Source of the DNA: Squalus acanthias
Lineage: Eukaryota
Reading direction: 5' to 3'
NCBI GenBank assembly: GCA_030390025.1
Contig: JASTWF010000359.1
Coordinates: 310,001-374,000, forward strand
Length of the DNA: 64,000 nt
This document shows, in pieces, positions 28,583-43,400 of this stretch (position 1 is its first letter; every line of letters begins with the position of its first letter). The position numbers and the translations under genes were made by a program. The notes beneath the pieces were generated by a model that worked only from the letters and a program-made list of their open reading frames with translations, searched no databases and had not been told where the DNA came from.

Positions 28583-29352
28583 GTTACATCGAGCCTACAG
28601 CACAGAAACAGGCCATTCGGTCCAACTGGTCTGTGCCGGTGTTTGTGCTCCACACGAGCCTCCTCCCGCCCCTCTTCATCTCATCCCATCAGCATATCCT
28701 TCTATTCCCTTCTCCCTCATGTGTTTATCCAGCTTCCCCTTAAATGCCTCTCTGCTATTCGCCTCAACCACTCCCTGTGGTAGCGAGTTCCACATTCTCA
28801 ACACTCTCTGGGGAAAGAAGTTTCTCCTGAATTCCCTATTGGATTTATCAGTGACTATCTTACATTGATGGCCCCTAGTTCTGGTCTCCCCCACAAGTGG
28901 AAACATCTTCTCGACGTCTACCCTATCGAACCCCTTCATAATCTTAAAGACCTCTATATGGTCACCCCTCAGTCTTCTGATTTCTAGAGAAAAGAGCCCC
29001 AGCCTGCTCAATCTTTCCTGATAGCTATATCCTCTCAGTTCTAGTATTTTCCTTGTAAATCTTTTTTGCACCTTCTCCAGTGCCTCTGTATCCTTATTGT
29101 AATATGGAGACCAGAACTGTGCACAGTGCTCCATGTGTTGTCTAACCAAGGTTCGATACAAGTTTAATATAACTTCTCTACTTTTCAATTCTATCCATCT
29201 AGAAATGAACTCTAGTGCTTGGTTTGCTTTTTTATGGCCTTATTAACCTGCCTCGCTACTTTTAATGATTTGTGAATCTGTACTCCCAGATCCCTCTGTT
29301 CCTCTACCCCATTTAGACTCATTATCCAAGGAATAGGTGGCCTCCTTATTCC
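28583..29352 (-). mobile_element. 5'-truncated CR1 LINE (ORF2 C-terminus plus 3' UTR)
   Basis: ORF 28676-29188: KSREVILNLYRTLVR...QFWSPY...RRLRGD...RVLRMWNSLP. Confidence 0.92.
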
Positions 29353-29450
29353 TTATGTTTTCCTCTGAAGTGATTAAAGCAGGTATGAATTCTGGGGAGA
29401 TGTAGTGAGGCACGTATAGTCAGCGGAATGATGTTAATCCTTGGAGAATA

Positions 29451-30282
29451 ATAAGAACATAAGAACATAAGAAATAGGAGCAGGAATAGGCCACTTGGCC
29501 CCTCGAGCCTGCTCCGCCATTCAATAAGATCATGGCTGATCTTGGGCTCAAAGCAACTTCCCAGCCCGCTCCCCATAACCCTTCATTCCCTTATCTTGCA
29601 AAAATCTGTCTATCTCCACCTTAAATGTATTTAATGACCCAGCCTCCACGGCTCTCTGGGGCAGAGAATTCCACAGATTTACGACCCTCTGAGAGAAGAA
29701 ATTCCTCCTCATCTCAGTTCTAAAAGGCGACCCTTTATTCTAAAACTATGCCCCTGAGTTCTAGATTTCCCCACGAGGGGAAACATCCTCTCTGCATCTA
29801 CCTTGTCGAGCCCCCTCAGTATCTTATATGTTTCAATAAGATCACCTCTCATTCTTCTAAGTTCCAATGAGTATAGGCCCAGCCTACTCAACCTTTCCTC
29901 ATAAGTCAACCCCCTCATCTCTGGAATTAACCGTGTGAATCGTCTCTGAACTGCCTCCAATGCAAGTATATCCTTCCTTAAATAAGGAGACCAAAACTGT
30001 ACGCAGTACTCAAGATGTGGTCTCACCAATACCCTGTACAGTTGTAGCAGGACTTCCCTACTTTTATACTCCATCCCCCTTGTAATAAAGGTCAACATTC
30101 CATTTGCCTTTTTGATTACTTGCTGTACCTGCATGCTAACTTTTTGTGTTTCATGCACAAGGATCCCCAGATCCCTCTGAACTGCAGCATTTTGTAATCT
30201 CTCTCCATTTAAATAATAATTTGCTTTTTTATTTTTCCTGCCAAAATGTATAACCTCGCACTTTCCCACATTATACTCCATC
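29451..30282 (-). mobile_element. CR1 (HER1-like) LINE 3' portion with (TTCTTATG)n tail
   Basis: AAGAACAT repeats at ~29453-29470. Translation MEYNVGKCEVIHFG...LEYCVQFWSP...RRMRGDLIE. Confidence 0.95.
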
Positions 30283-30647
30283 CCTGTACCACGGTGCTGT
30301 GGCTCATCCTCCCTGCAGTCCCTGCCCTCGTCCACACAGGGAGCAAGAATCTCGTACCTGTTGGACAAGGCCAAGGGCTGAGGCTCCTCCACCACTACCT
30401 CCTGGATCCCAATACCTGCCTCGCTTGTAGTCACACCCTCCTGTCCCTGACCATGGGCCAAATTGGAAGTAATTACCCCAGTGGGTGTGACTGCCTCCTG
30501 GAACTTAGTGTCCAGGTAACACTCCCCCTTCCTGATGTGTCGCAGTGTCCGAAGCTCGGACTCCAGCTCAACTCTGAGCCGAAGTTCCTCGAGCAACCAA
30601 CATTTGCTGCAGATGTGGTCGCTGTGGACCTCAATGGTGTCCACCAA
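30283..30647 (-). mobile_element. CR1 ORF1 N-terminal fragment (Cys motif, leucine zipper, LSNRY motif)
   Basis: HICSKCWLLEELRLRVELESELRTLRHIR...PLALSNRYEIL resembles the N-terminus of esterase-type CR1 ORF1. Confidence 0.8.
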
Positions 30648-31116
30648 TGTCTGACTAATGATCTATTTACATATTTCTCTGCAATCAGGGACTGTAGAAT
30701 CCTCCAATTCCACATCCTCGTGATGTTGTCCTTAAGTGCTTCTGTCACCACAGCAACCGGGCCTTCCTCCTCCCGGCTTCCAATCCTTTTTGAATGGTGA
30801 AGTTGTAGGTACAGCAATTGACCAAGATACAAGAGACCTGCTTGGAAGCATACTGCAGGGGTCTATCCTGGTCTATCGAGGAACCAGAGCCTTCCCTTAA
30901 GGAAATTAAATAGGGACCTACAAGGCAACATGGATCCCCACTGTTGACCCCCTGAAATTAGGAGAATCCAGCAACATTGTAGAACCAGATGACCCTCTCA
31001 TGCATGGTTCATTCCAAAAGGGATGAAGCTCCCAGTTTTCTTGAGGACAGCATCTGCCGCCTGGTGAATGCAGGCAATGTTACACAGGTTGATGTTGACG
31101 CTCACCAATGTGTTGT

Positions 31117-31447
31117 AAAAAGAAAGAAAGACTTGCATTTCTATAGCGCCTTTCACGACCACCGGACGTCTCAAAGCGCTTTACAGCCAATGGAGTACTT
31201 TTGAAGTGGTGTCACTGTTGTAATGTAGGAAACGCGGCAGCCAATTTGTGCACAGCAAGCTCCCACAAACAGCAATGTGATAATGACCAGATAATCTGTT
31301 TTTAGTGATGTTGATTGAGGGATAAATATTGGCCAGGACACTGGGGAGAACTCCCCTGCTCTTCTTCGAAATAGTGGCCCTGGGATCTTTTACACCCACC
31401 TGAGAGAGACGACGGAGCCTCGGTTTAACGTCTCATCCGAAAGACGG
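31117..31447 (-). mobile_element. DeuSINE (SacSINE1-like), 5'-truncated
   Basis: The reverse complement reads CCGTCTTTCGGATGAGACGTTAAACCGAGG...TATTTCGAAGAAGAGCAGGGGAGTTCTCCCCAGTGTCCTGGCCAATATTTATCCCTCAA (Deu domain as in AmnSINE1/SacSINE1), with tail AAATGCAAGTCTTTCTTTC. Confidence 0.88.
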
Positions 31448-31769
31448 ATAGTAGTGCTCTCGGATGGGTACTAAATTGAAGGATTGGTCCTTTACCTGAA
31501 GGTGGCTGTGCCGCTCGGCTGGTTGATGGTTTGCTACTGTTTGAAGGTTTTCTCCACCCAATCATTGATCTGATTTTCTTCCTTGAAGAGCTCATGGAGG
31601 GCTGAATTCTGAAGGATGAAGGCATCAGGGAAATACCCAGCATATCAGGCGGTGATGTGTCCAATCCTTCCTGTGCTGTCACAGATAAATTGTACACTCA
31701 GGAAGTGGCAAGCATTCATGTGGAGGACATTAACTATAGGAGCTCGTAAAGCTTTGTGGGGACTGTAGT

Positions 31770-32090
31770 CAAAAGCCTTTAGGTTCCTCACACAAGGTTA
31801 CTTCACAAGATGGAATCTTGTGGTATCAGTAGGCACTTGAAACGTTCGATCTCGAATTGGCTCCAATCGCACAGCCAAAAAGTTGTAGTTAATGGATGTG
31901 GTTCAGCCTGGAGACATGTGCGTCCCCCAGGGATTGGTCCTAGGCCGCTACTCTTCATGGTCTTTCTGAATGACCTGGACCGTGGTGTTCAGAGTATGGT
32001 CAGTAAGTTTGCAGATGACACCAAAATCTGTGCAAGGGTTAAGATGGCAGAGGAGTGCAAGGTAATGCAAAGAGATTTAGATGTGCAAGG
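31770..32090 (+). mobile_element. Old degenerate CR1 RT fragment
   Basis: ISNWLQSHSQKVVVNG...LLFMVFLNDLD...SKFADDTKI. Confidence 0.8.
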
Positions 32091-32129
32091 CCAGACATTT
32101 TAATTCAGATAGATGTAGTGTCATGCCTG

Positions 32130-32876
32130 TTGGGTATGATTCTGGTAAACCTACGCTGCACTTCCTCCAAGGCCAGTATATCCTTCCTAAGGTGTGGTGC
32201 CCAGAACTGCTCACAGTGCTCCAGGTGTGGTCTAACCAGGGTTTTGTATAACTGCGGCATAACTTCTACCCCCTTGTACTCTAGTCCTCTAGATATAAAG
32301 GCCAGCATTCCATTAGCCTTTTTAATTATTTTCTGTACCTGTTCATGATATTTTAATGATCTATATACCTGGACCCCCAAGTCTCTTTGGACCTCCACTG
32401 TTTTTAGCTTTTCACCATTTAGAAAGTACCCTGTTCTATCTTTTTTAGGTCCAAAGTGGATGACCTCACATTTGCCTACATTGAAATCCATTTGCCACAG
32501 TTTTGCCCATTCACTTAATCTGTCGATATCCCTTTGTAATTTTATGCTTTCATCTACACTGCCTACAATGCCACCTATCTTTGTGTCATCGGCAAATTTG
32601 GATAAACGACTTTCTCTCCCATCATCTAAGTCGTTAATAAATACTGTGAATAGTTGAGGCTCCAACACAGATCCCTGCGGGACACCACTAGTCACATCCT
32701 GCCAATTAGAGTACCTACCCATTATCCCTACTGCCTGTCTCCTGTCGCTCAGCCAATTTCCTAACCAGGTCAATAATTTGCCCTTAATTCCTTGGGCTTC
32801 TACCTTAGTTAACAGTCTCTTATGTGGGACTTTATCAAATGCCTTCTGGAAGTCCATATAAATAACATCCATAGAC
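32130..32876 (-). mobile_element. CR1 RT fragment, 3' part (split by the LTR)
   Basis: MDVIYMDFQKAFDKVPH...GVPQGSVL...SKFADDTKIGG...RRFTRIIP. Confidence 0.93.
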
Positions 32877-33926
32877 TGAAAGGATTCGCAAAATTTCATG
32901 TGTTCCCCCCACACCCCCCCCCCCCCCCGAAGATTTTATTGGTCTTATTAAAAGGAACCCTGGTCAGACTGAGTTTTAAAATCCAGGGCATAACAAAATG
33001 GCTGCGGTCGGACCTCGTAACCGAGAGCCTGGCAGTTTTATTTCAGACTCTGACAAGCTGTCAGCTTGTGTATTCCGATGTCTGCAGCAGGAAGTTCACG
33101 AAACCAGACAGGACCTTTCCTTATGCATTACAATCAGGTCTATGCATAAGGCTTTCAAGGTGTTTGCTCAAATAATCAGCAGGGACATTGAGACTGGGCT
33201 GGCCAAATAAACGAAACTGTCGGACAATAGGGAGCAGTTGGAGAACTGGCATGATACAATTACCGGCCATCTAACATGATGGGCCAAGATCGGAACCTTT
33301 TGTTAAAATTCATTATACCCAGATCAGACAATAGAAATGAGCTGATCTGGCGGGAGATCACGACGACCGGGAGGGTATAACTGGGAAGACCCAGCCACTC
33401 TCTCTCTCTCTCTGCCTCGGTCTCGGGTACTCTGTCTGTCTGCTCGCAGCCAAGAAGGAAGACTATCCAGAAACTTCGTAGCCACGTTTTCGACGGCAGA
33501 GACAGGGTACAGGGCCAGGTTTTCCATCCATTTCACCGGTGAGCATGATCTTCTTCTGGCTGTCGCAAGACAATTTTAGTTAGGCGTAAGGGTGGGAATT
33601 AATGGGGATATTGCTAAAATTGTAATTTTAGGATTTCCCTCGATGTGTCCGTTCTCCTCCCCTGTTAAGTGTAAAACCGTACTGCATAGTGATTTTGTCT
33701 TCTTCAGATGATACTGTTTCTCTGTAGTTTTACTTCTGTAAATAAACATTGGTTTTCCTCGCACCAATCCACGGGTCTGTTCGTTTGTCCTTATCGCCGC
33801 TTGATAAGTCCTGGGCTCAGAACTAGGAAGGGGATAGCGATTCGCAACCGCACAGCGGGCAGGACAGCCCAGGAAAATATAACTGGCTGACCTACAAATA
33901 AGCCTCAGAGACAAAAACCCCTTACA
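32877..33926 (+). mobile_element. Solo LTR (1050 bp) of an LTR retroelement/ERV, inserted in CR1
   Basis: TG...CA termini with a short IR (TGAAAGG...CCTTACA). GAC is duplicated on both flanks, and the CR1 sequence is continuous when the insert is removed (ATCCATAGAC|ATTCCCCTGTCC). TATA-like TATAAC at ~33376 and AATAAA at ~33741. Confidence 0.8.
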
Positions 33927-34425
33927 GACATTCCCCTGTCCATTACTTTCGTCACCTCTTCAAAAAATTCAATCAGGTTCATCAGGCATGACCTACCTTT
34001 CAAAAATCCATGCTGGCTCTCTCTGATCAACTGAGAATTTTTGAGGTGTTCGGTCACCCTATCCTTAATTATAAACTCCAGCAATTTCCCAACAACAGAT
34101 GTTAGGCTAACTAGTCTATAATTCCCTGGTTTCCCTCACTCGCCATTCATAAGGATAACATGCGCAATTTTCCAATCTAAAGGAACGGTTCCCGAATATA
34201 GAGAATTTTTGAAGATTATAGTTAGGGCATGTGCAATGTGCGCACCTACTTCTTTAACACCCTAGGATGGATACCATCTGGTCCTGGGGATTTGTCACTC
34301 TTCAGTGCCATTATTTTCTTGAAAACTGCTTTTTTAAGCATATTAATTTTATTCAGTCCCTGTCCCTGACTCAATATTAGTTTTCATGGGATTTCCGGCA
34401 TGCTCTGCTCTTCCACTTACTGTAA
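33927..34425 (-). mobile_element. CR1 ORF2 fragment, 5' continuation of 32130-32876
   Basis: The reverse complement encodes the expected upstream RT motifs (KSPGPDGIHPR, GNYRLVSLTSVVGKL, SQHGF). Confidence 0.88.
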
Positions 34426-34430
34426 AGAAA

Positions 34431-37400
34431 TTTATAAACATGACAATGTAACTCCCGTATTTATATCCGTGATACTGTATCCCCTGTATTTATAAACACG
34501 ACACGATGTCCCCTGTATTGATAAACACGACACCGTGTCCCCTGTATTGATAAACACGACACCGTGTCCCCTGTATTTATAAACACGACACCGTGTCTCC
34601 TGTATTGATAAACACGACACCGTGTCCCCTGTATTTATAAACACGACACCGTGTCTCCTATATTTATAAACACGACACGATGTCCCCTGTATTGATAAAC
34701 ACGACACCGTGTCTCCTGTATTTATAAACACGACACGATGTCCCCTGTATTGATAAACACGACACCGTGTCCCCTGTATTTATAAACACGATACCGTGTC
34801 TCCTGTATTGATAAACACGACACTGTGTCCAATGTATTTATAAACACGACACCGTGTCCCCTGTATTAATAAACACGACACCGTGTCCCCTTTATTTAAA
34901 AACACGATACCGTGTCTCCTGTATTTATAAACACGACACCGTGTCTCCTGTATTTATAAACACGACACGATGTCCCCTGTATTGATAAACACGACACCGT
35001 GTCTCCTGTATTTATAAACACGACACGATGTCCCCTGTATTGATAAACACGACACCGTGTCTCCTGTATTTATAAACACGATACCGTGTCTCCTGTATTG
35101 ATAAACATGACACTGTGTCCAATGTATTTATAAACACGACACCGTGTCCCCTGTATTTATAAACACGACACCGTGTCCCCTTTATTTAAAAACACGATAC
35201 CGTGTCTCCTGTATTTATACACACGACACCGTGTCTCCTGTATTTATAAACACGACATCGTGTCTCCTGTATTTATAAACACGACACCGTGTCTCCTGTA
35301 TTTATAAACACGACACCGTGTCTCCTGTATTTATAAACACGACACCGTGTCTCCTGTATTTATAAACACGACACCGTGTCTCCTGTATTTATAAACACGA
35401 CACCGTGTCTCTTGTATTTATAAACACGACACTGTGTCCCCTGTATTTATAAACACGACACCGTGTCTCCTGTATTTATAAACACGACACCGTGTCCCCT
35501 GTATTTATAAACACGACACCGTGTCTCCTGTATTTATAAACACGATACCGTGTCTCCTGTATTTATACACACGACACCGTGTCTCCTGTATTTATAAACA
35601 CGACATCGTGTCTCCTGTATTTATAAACACGACACTGTGTCCCCTGTATTTATAAACACGACACCGTGTCTCCTGTATTTATAAACACGACACCGTGTCT
35701 CCTGTAATTATAAACACGACACCGTGTCTCCTGTATTTATAAACACGACACCGTGTCTCCTGTATTGATAAACACGACACGATGTCCCCTGTATTGATAA
35801 ACACGACACCGTATCTCCTGTATTTATAAACACGACACGATGTCCCCTGTATTTATAAACACGACACCGTGTCCCCTGTATTTATAAACACGATACCGTG
35901 TCTCCTGTATTGATAAACACGACACTGTGTCCAATGAATTTATAAACACGACACCGTGTCCCCTGTATTTATAAACACGACACCGTGTCCCCTTTATTTA
36001 TAAACACGACACGATGTCCCCTGTATTGATAAACACGACACCGTGTCCCCTGTATTTATAAACACGATACCGTGTCTCCTGTAGTTATAAACACGATACC
36101 GTGTCTCCTGTATTTATAAACACGATACCGTGTCTCCTGTATTTATAAACACGATACCGTGTCTCCTGTATTTATAAACACGATACCGTGTCTCCTGTAT
36201 TTATAAACATGACACCGTGTCTCCTGTATTTATAAACACGACACCGTGTCTCCTGTATTTATAAACACGACACCGTGTCCCCTGTATTTATAAACACGAC
36301 ACCGTGTCCCCTGTATTTATAAACACGACACCGTGTCCCCTGTATTTATAAACACGACACCATGTCTCCTGTATTTATAAACACGACACCGTGTCTCCTG
36401 TATTTATAAACACAATACTGTGTCCCCTGTATTTATAAACACGACACCGTGTCTCCTGTATTTATAAACACGATACCGTGTCTCCTGTATTTATAAACAC
36501 GACACCGTGTCCCCTGTATTTATAAACACAATACTGTGTCCCCTGTATTTATAAACACGACACCGTGTCTCCTGTAATTATAAACACGATACCGTGTCTC
36601 CTGTATTTATAAACACGACACCGTGTCTCCTGTAATTATAAACACGATACTGTGTCCCCTGTATTTATAAACACGACACCGTGTCTCCTGTATTATAAAC
36701 ACGACACCGTGTCTCCTGTATTTATAAACACGATACCGTGTCTCCTGTATTTATAAACACGACACCGTGTCCCCTGTATTTATAAACACGACACCGTGTC
36801 TCCTGTATTTATAAACACGATACCGTGTCTCCTGTATTTATAAACACGATACCGTGTCTCCTGTATTTATAAACACGATACCGTGTCTCCTGTATTTATA
36901 AACACGATACCGTGTCTCCTGTATTTATAAACACGACACCGTGTCTCCTGTATTTATAAACACGACACCGTGTCTCCTGTATTTATAAACACGACACCGT
37001 GTCCCCTGTATTTATAAACACGATACCGTGTCCCCTGTATTTATAAACATGACACCGTGTCCCCTGTATTTATAAACACGACAACGTGTCTCCTGTATTT
37101 ATAAACACGATACCCAGTATCCTGTTTTTATAAACACAACAACGTGTCTCCTGTATTTATAAACACGACACCGTGTCTCCTGTATTTATAAACACGACAC
37201 CGTGTCCCCTGTATTTATAAACACGATACCGTGTCGCATGTATTTATAAACACGATACCGTGTCTCCTGTATTTATAAACACGATACCGTGTCCCCTGTA
37301 TTTATAAACACGACACCGTGTCTCCTGTATTTATAAACACGATACCGTGTCCCCTGTATTTATAAACACGATACCGTGTCTCCTGTATTTATAAACACGA

Positions 37401-40400
37401 TACCGTGTCTCCTGTATTTATAAACACGATACCGTGTCCCCTGTATTATAAACACGACACCGTGTCTCCTGTATTATAAACACGACACCGTGTCTCCTGT
37501 ATTTATAAACACGACACCGTGTCCCCTGTATTTATAAACACGATACCCAGTATCCTGTATTTATAAACACAACAACGTGTCTCCTGTATTTATAAACACG
37601 ACACCGTGTCTCCTGTATTTATAAACACGACACCGTGTCCCCTGAATTTATAAACACGACACCGTGTCTCCTGTATTTATAAACACAACAACGTGTCTCC
37701 TGTATTTATAAACACAACACCGTGTCCCCTGTATTTATAAACACGATACCCAGTATCCTGTATTTATAAACACGACACCGTGTCTCCTGTATTTATAAAC
37801 ACGACACCGTGTCTCCTGTATTTATAAACACGACACCGTGTCCCTGTATTTATAAACACGATACCGTGTCTCCTGTATTTATAAACACGATACCGTGTCC
37901 CCTGTATTTATAAACACGACACCGTGTCCCATGTATTTATAAACACGATACCGTGTCCCCTGTATTTATAAACACGACACCGTGTCCCCTGTATTTATAA
38001 ACACGATACCGTGTCCCCTGTATTTATAAACACGACACCGTGTCTCCTGTATTTATAAACACGACACCGTGTCCCCTGTATTTATAAACACGACACCATG
38101 TCTCCTGTATTTATAAACACGACATCATGTCCCCTGTATTTGTAAACACGATACCGTGTCCCATGTATTTATAAACACGATATCGTTTCTCCTGTATTTA
38201 TAAACACGACACCGTGTCTCCTGTATTTATAAACACGATACCGTGTCTCCTGTATTTATAAACACGACACTGTGTCTCCTCTATTTATAAACACGACACC
38301 ATGTCCCATGTATTTATAAACACGACACCGTGTCTCCTGTATTTATAAACACGACACCATGTCCCATGTATTTATAAACACGACACTGTGTCTCCTGTAT
38401 TTATAAACACGACACCGTGTCTCCTGTATTTATAAACACTACACCATGTCCCATGTATTTATAAACACGACACCGTGTCTCCTGTATTTACAAACACGAC
38501 ACCATGTCCCACATATTTATAAACAAGATACCGTGTCTCCTGTATTTATAAACACGATACCGTGTCCCATGTATTTATAAACAGGATACCGTGTATCCTG
38601 TATTTATAAACACGACACCGTGTCCCCTGTATTTATAAACACGACACCGTGTCTCCTGTATTTATAAACACGATACTGTGACCCCTGTATTTATAAACAC
38701 GACACCGTGTCCCCTGTATTTATAAACACGACACCGTGTCTCCTGTATTTATAAACACGACACCGTGTCTCCTGTATTTATAAACACGACACCGTGTCTC
38801 CTGTATTTATAAACACGACACCGTGTCCCATGTATTTATAAACACGATACCGTGTCCCCTGTATTTATAAACACGACACCGTGTCCCCTGTATTTATAAA
38901 CACGACACCGTGTCCCCTGTATTTATAAACACGACACCGTGTCCCCTGTATTTATAAACACGACACCGTGTCTCCTGTATTTATAAACACGACACCGTGT
39001 CACCTGTATTTATAAACACGATACCGTGTCTCCTGTATTTATAAACACGACACCGTGTGTCCTGTATTTATAAACACGACACCGTGTCTCCTGTATTTAT
39101 AAACACGACACTGTGTCTCCTGTATTTATAAACACGATACCGTGTCTCCTGTATTTATAAACACGACACTGTGTCCCCTGTATTTATAAACACGACACCG
39201 TGTCTCCTGTATTTATAAACACGACACCGTGTCTCCTGTATTTATAAACACGATACCGTGTCTCCTGTATTGATAAACACGACACTGTGTCTCCTGTATT
39301 TATAAACACGACACCGTGTCTCCTATATTTATAAACATGACACCGTGTCCCCTGTATTTATAAACACGACACCGTGTCCCCTGTATTTATAAACACGACA
39401 CCGTGTCTCCTGTATTTATAAACACGACACCGTGTCCCCTGTATTTATAAACACGACACCGTGTCTCCTGTATTTATAAACACGACACCGTGTCTCCTGT
39501 ATTTATAAACACGACACCGTGTCCCCTGTATTTATAAACACAACAACGTGTCTCCTGTATTTATAAACACGATACCGTGTCCCCTGTATTTATAAACACA
39601 ACACCGTGTCTCCTGTATTTATAAACATGACACTGTGTCTCCTGTATTTATAAACACGACACCGTGTCTCCTGTATTTATAAACACGACACCGTGTCTCC
39701 TGTATTTATAAACACGACACCGTGTCTCCTGTATTTATAAACACGACACCGTGTCTCCTGTATTTATAAACACGATACCGTGTCTCCTGTATTTATAAAC
39801 ACGACACCGTGTCTCCTGTATTTATAAACACGATACCGTGTCTCCTGTATTTATAAACACGACACCGTGTGTCCTGTATTTATAAACACGACACCGTGTC
39901 TCCTGTATTTATAAACACGACACCGTGTCACCTGTATTTATAAACACGATACCGTGTCTCCTGTATTTATAAACACGACACCGTGTGTCCTGTATTTATA
40001 AACACGACACCGTGTCTCCTGTATTTATAAACACGACACCTTGTCCCCTGTATTTATAAACACGATACCGTGTCCCCTGTATTTATAAACACGATACCGT
40101 GTCTCCTGTATTTATAAACACGACACCGTGTCACCTGTATTTATAAACACGACACCGTGTCACCTGTATTTATAAACACGATACCGTGTCTCCTGTATTT
40201 ATAAACACGACACCGTGTGTCCTGTATTTATAAACACGACACCGTGTCTCCTGTATTTATAAACACGATACCGTGTCTCCTGTATTTATAAACACGACAC
40301 CGTGTCTCCTGTATTTATAAACACGACACCGTGTCTCCTGTATTTATAAACACGACACCGTGTCTCCTGTATTGATAAACACGACACGATGTCCCCTGTA

Positions 40401-43400
40401 TTGATAAACACGACACCGTGTCTCCTGTATTTATAAACACGACACGATGTCCCCTGTATTTATAAACACGACACCGTGTCTCCTGTATTTATAAACACGA
40501 CACTGTGTCCAATGAATTTATAAACACGACACCGTGTCTCCTGTATTTATAAACACGACACCGTGTCCCCTTTATTTATAAACACGACACGATGTCCCCT
40601 GTATTGATAAACACGACACCGTGTCCCCTGTATTTATAAATACGATACCGTGTCTCCTGTAGTTATAAACACGATACCGTGTCTCCTGTATTTATAAACA
40701 CGACACCATGTCTCCTGTATTTATAAACACGACACCGTGTCTCCTGTATTGATAAACACGACACTGTGTCTCCTGTATTTATAAACACGACACCGTGTCT
40801 CCTGTATTTATAAACACGATACCGTGTCTCCTGTATTTATAAACACGACACCGTGTTTCCTGTATTGATAAACACGACACCGTGTCTCCTGTATTTATAA
40901 ACACGACACCGTGTTTCCTGTATTGATAAACACGACACTGTGTCTCCTGTATTTATAAACACGACACCGTGTCTCCTGTATTTATAAACACGATACCGTG
41001 TCTCCTGTATTGATAAACACGACACTGTGTCTCCTGTATTTATAAACACGACACCGTGTCTCCTATATTTATAAACACGACACCGTGTCCCCTGTATTTA
41101 TAAACACGACACCGTGTCTCCTGTATTTATAAACACGATACCGTGTCTCCTGTATTGATAAACACGACACTGTGTCTCCTGTATTTATAAACACGACACT
41201 GTGTCTCCTGTATTTATAAACACGATACCGTGTCCCCTGTATTTATAAACACGACACCGTGTCCCCTGTATTTATAAACACGACACCGTGTCTCCTGTAT
41301 TTATAAACACGACACCGTGTCTCCTGTATTTATAAACACGACACCGTGTCCCCTGTATTTATAAACACAACAACGTGTCTCCTGTATTTATAAACACGAT
41401 ACCGTGTCCCCTGTATTTATAAACACAACACCGTGTCTCCTGTATTTATAAACATGACACTGTGTCTCCTGTATTTATAAACACGACACCGTGTCTCCTG
41501 TATTTATAAACACGACACCGTGTCTCCTGTATTTATAAACACGACACCGTGTCTCCTGTATTTATAAACACGACACCGTGTTTCCTGTATTGATAAACAC
41601 GACACTGTGTCTCCTGTATTTATAAACACGACACCGTGTCTCCTGTATTTATAAACACGATACCGTGTCTCCTGTATTGATAAGCACGACACTGTGTCTC
41701 CTGTATTTATAAACACGACACCGTGTCTCCTATATTTATAAACACGACACCGTGTCCCCTGTATTTATAAACACGACACCGTGTCTCCTGTATTTATAAA
41801 CACGATACCGTGTCTCCTGTATTGATAAACACGACACTGTGTCTCCTGTATTTATAAACACGACACTGTGTCTCCTGTATTTATAAACACGATACCGTGT
41901 CCCCTGTATTTATAAACACGACACCGTGTCTCCTGTATTTATAAACACGACACCGTGTCCCCTGTATTTATAAACACAACAACGTGTCTCCTGTATTTAT
42001 AAACACGATACCGTGTCCCCTGTATTTATAAACACAACACCGTGTCTCCTGTATTTATAAACATGACACTGTGTCTCCTGTATTTATAAACACGACACCG
42101 TGTCTCCTGTATTTATAAACACGACACCGTGTCTCCTGTATTTATAAACACTACACCATGTCCCATGTATTTATAAACACGATACCGTGTCCCCTGTATT
42201 TATAAACACAACACCGTGTCTCCTGTATTTATAAACATGACACTGTGTCTCCTGTATTTATAAACACGACACCGTGTCTCCTGTATTTATAAACACGACA
42301 CCGTGTCTCCTGTATTTACAAACACGACACCATGTCCCACATATTTATAAACAAGATACCGTGTCTCCTGTATTTATAAACACGATACCGTGTCCCATGT
42401 ATTTATAAACAGGATACCGTGTATCCTGTATTTATAAACACGACACCGTGTCCCCTGTATTTATAAACACGACACTGTGTCTCCTGTATTTATAAACACG
42501 ATACTGTGTCCCCTGTATTTATAAACACGACACCGTGTCCCCTGTATTTATAAACACGACACCGTGTCTCCTGTATTTATAAACACGACACCGTGTCTCC
42601 TGTATTTATAAACACGACACCGTGTCTCCTGTATTTATAAACACGACACCGTGTCCCATGTATTTATAAACACGATACCGTGTCTCCTGTATTTATAAAC
42701 ACGACACCGTGTCTCCTGCCTTTATAAACACGACACCGTGTCTCCTGTATTTATAAACACGACACCGTGTCCCCTGTATTTATAAACACGACAACGTGTC
42801 CCCTGTATTTATAAACACGACACCGTGTCTCCTGTATTTATAAACACGACACTGTGTCCCCTGTATTTATAAACACGATACCGTGTCTCCTGTATTGATA
42901 AACACGACACTGTGTCTCCTGTATTTATAAACACGACACCGTGTCTCCTATATATATAAACATGACACCGTGTCCCCTGTATTTATAAACACGACACCGT
43001 GTCTCCTGTATTTATAAACACGACACCGTGTCTCCTGTATTTATAAACACGACACCGTGTCTCCTGTATTTATAAACACGATACCGTGTCTCCTGTATTG
43101 ATAAACACGACACTGTGTCTCCTGTATTTATAAACACGACACCGTGTCCCCTGTATTTATAAACATGACACCGTGTTTCCTGTATTGATAAACACGACAC
43201 TGTGTCTCCTGTATTTATAAACACGACACCGTGTCTCCTGTATTTATAAACACGATACCGTGTCTCCTGTATTGATAAACACGACACTGTGTCTCCTGTA
43301 TTTATAAACACGACATCGTGTCTCCTGTATTTATAAACACGATACCGTGTCTCCTGTATTGATAAACACGACACTGTGTCTCCTGTATTTATAAACACGA

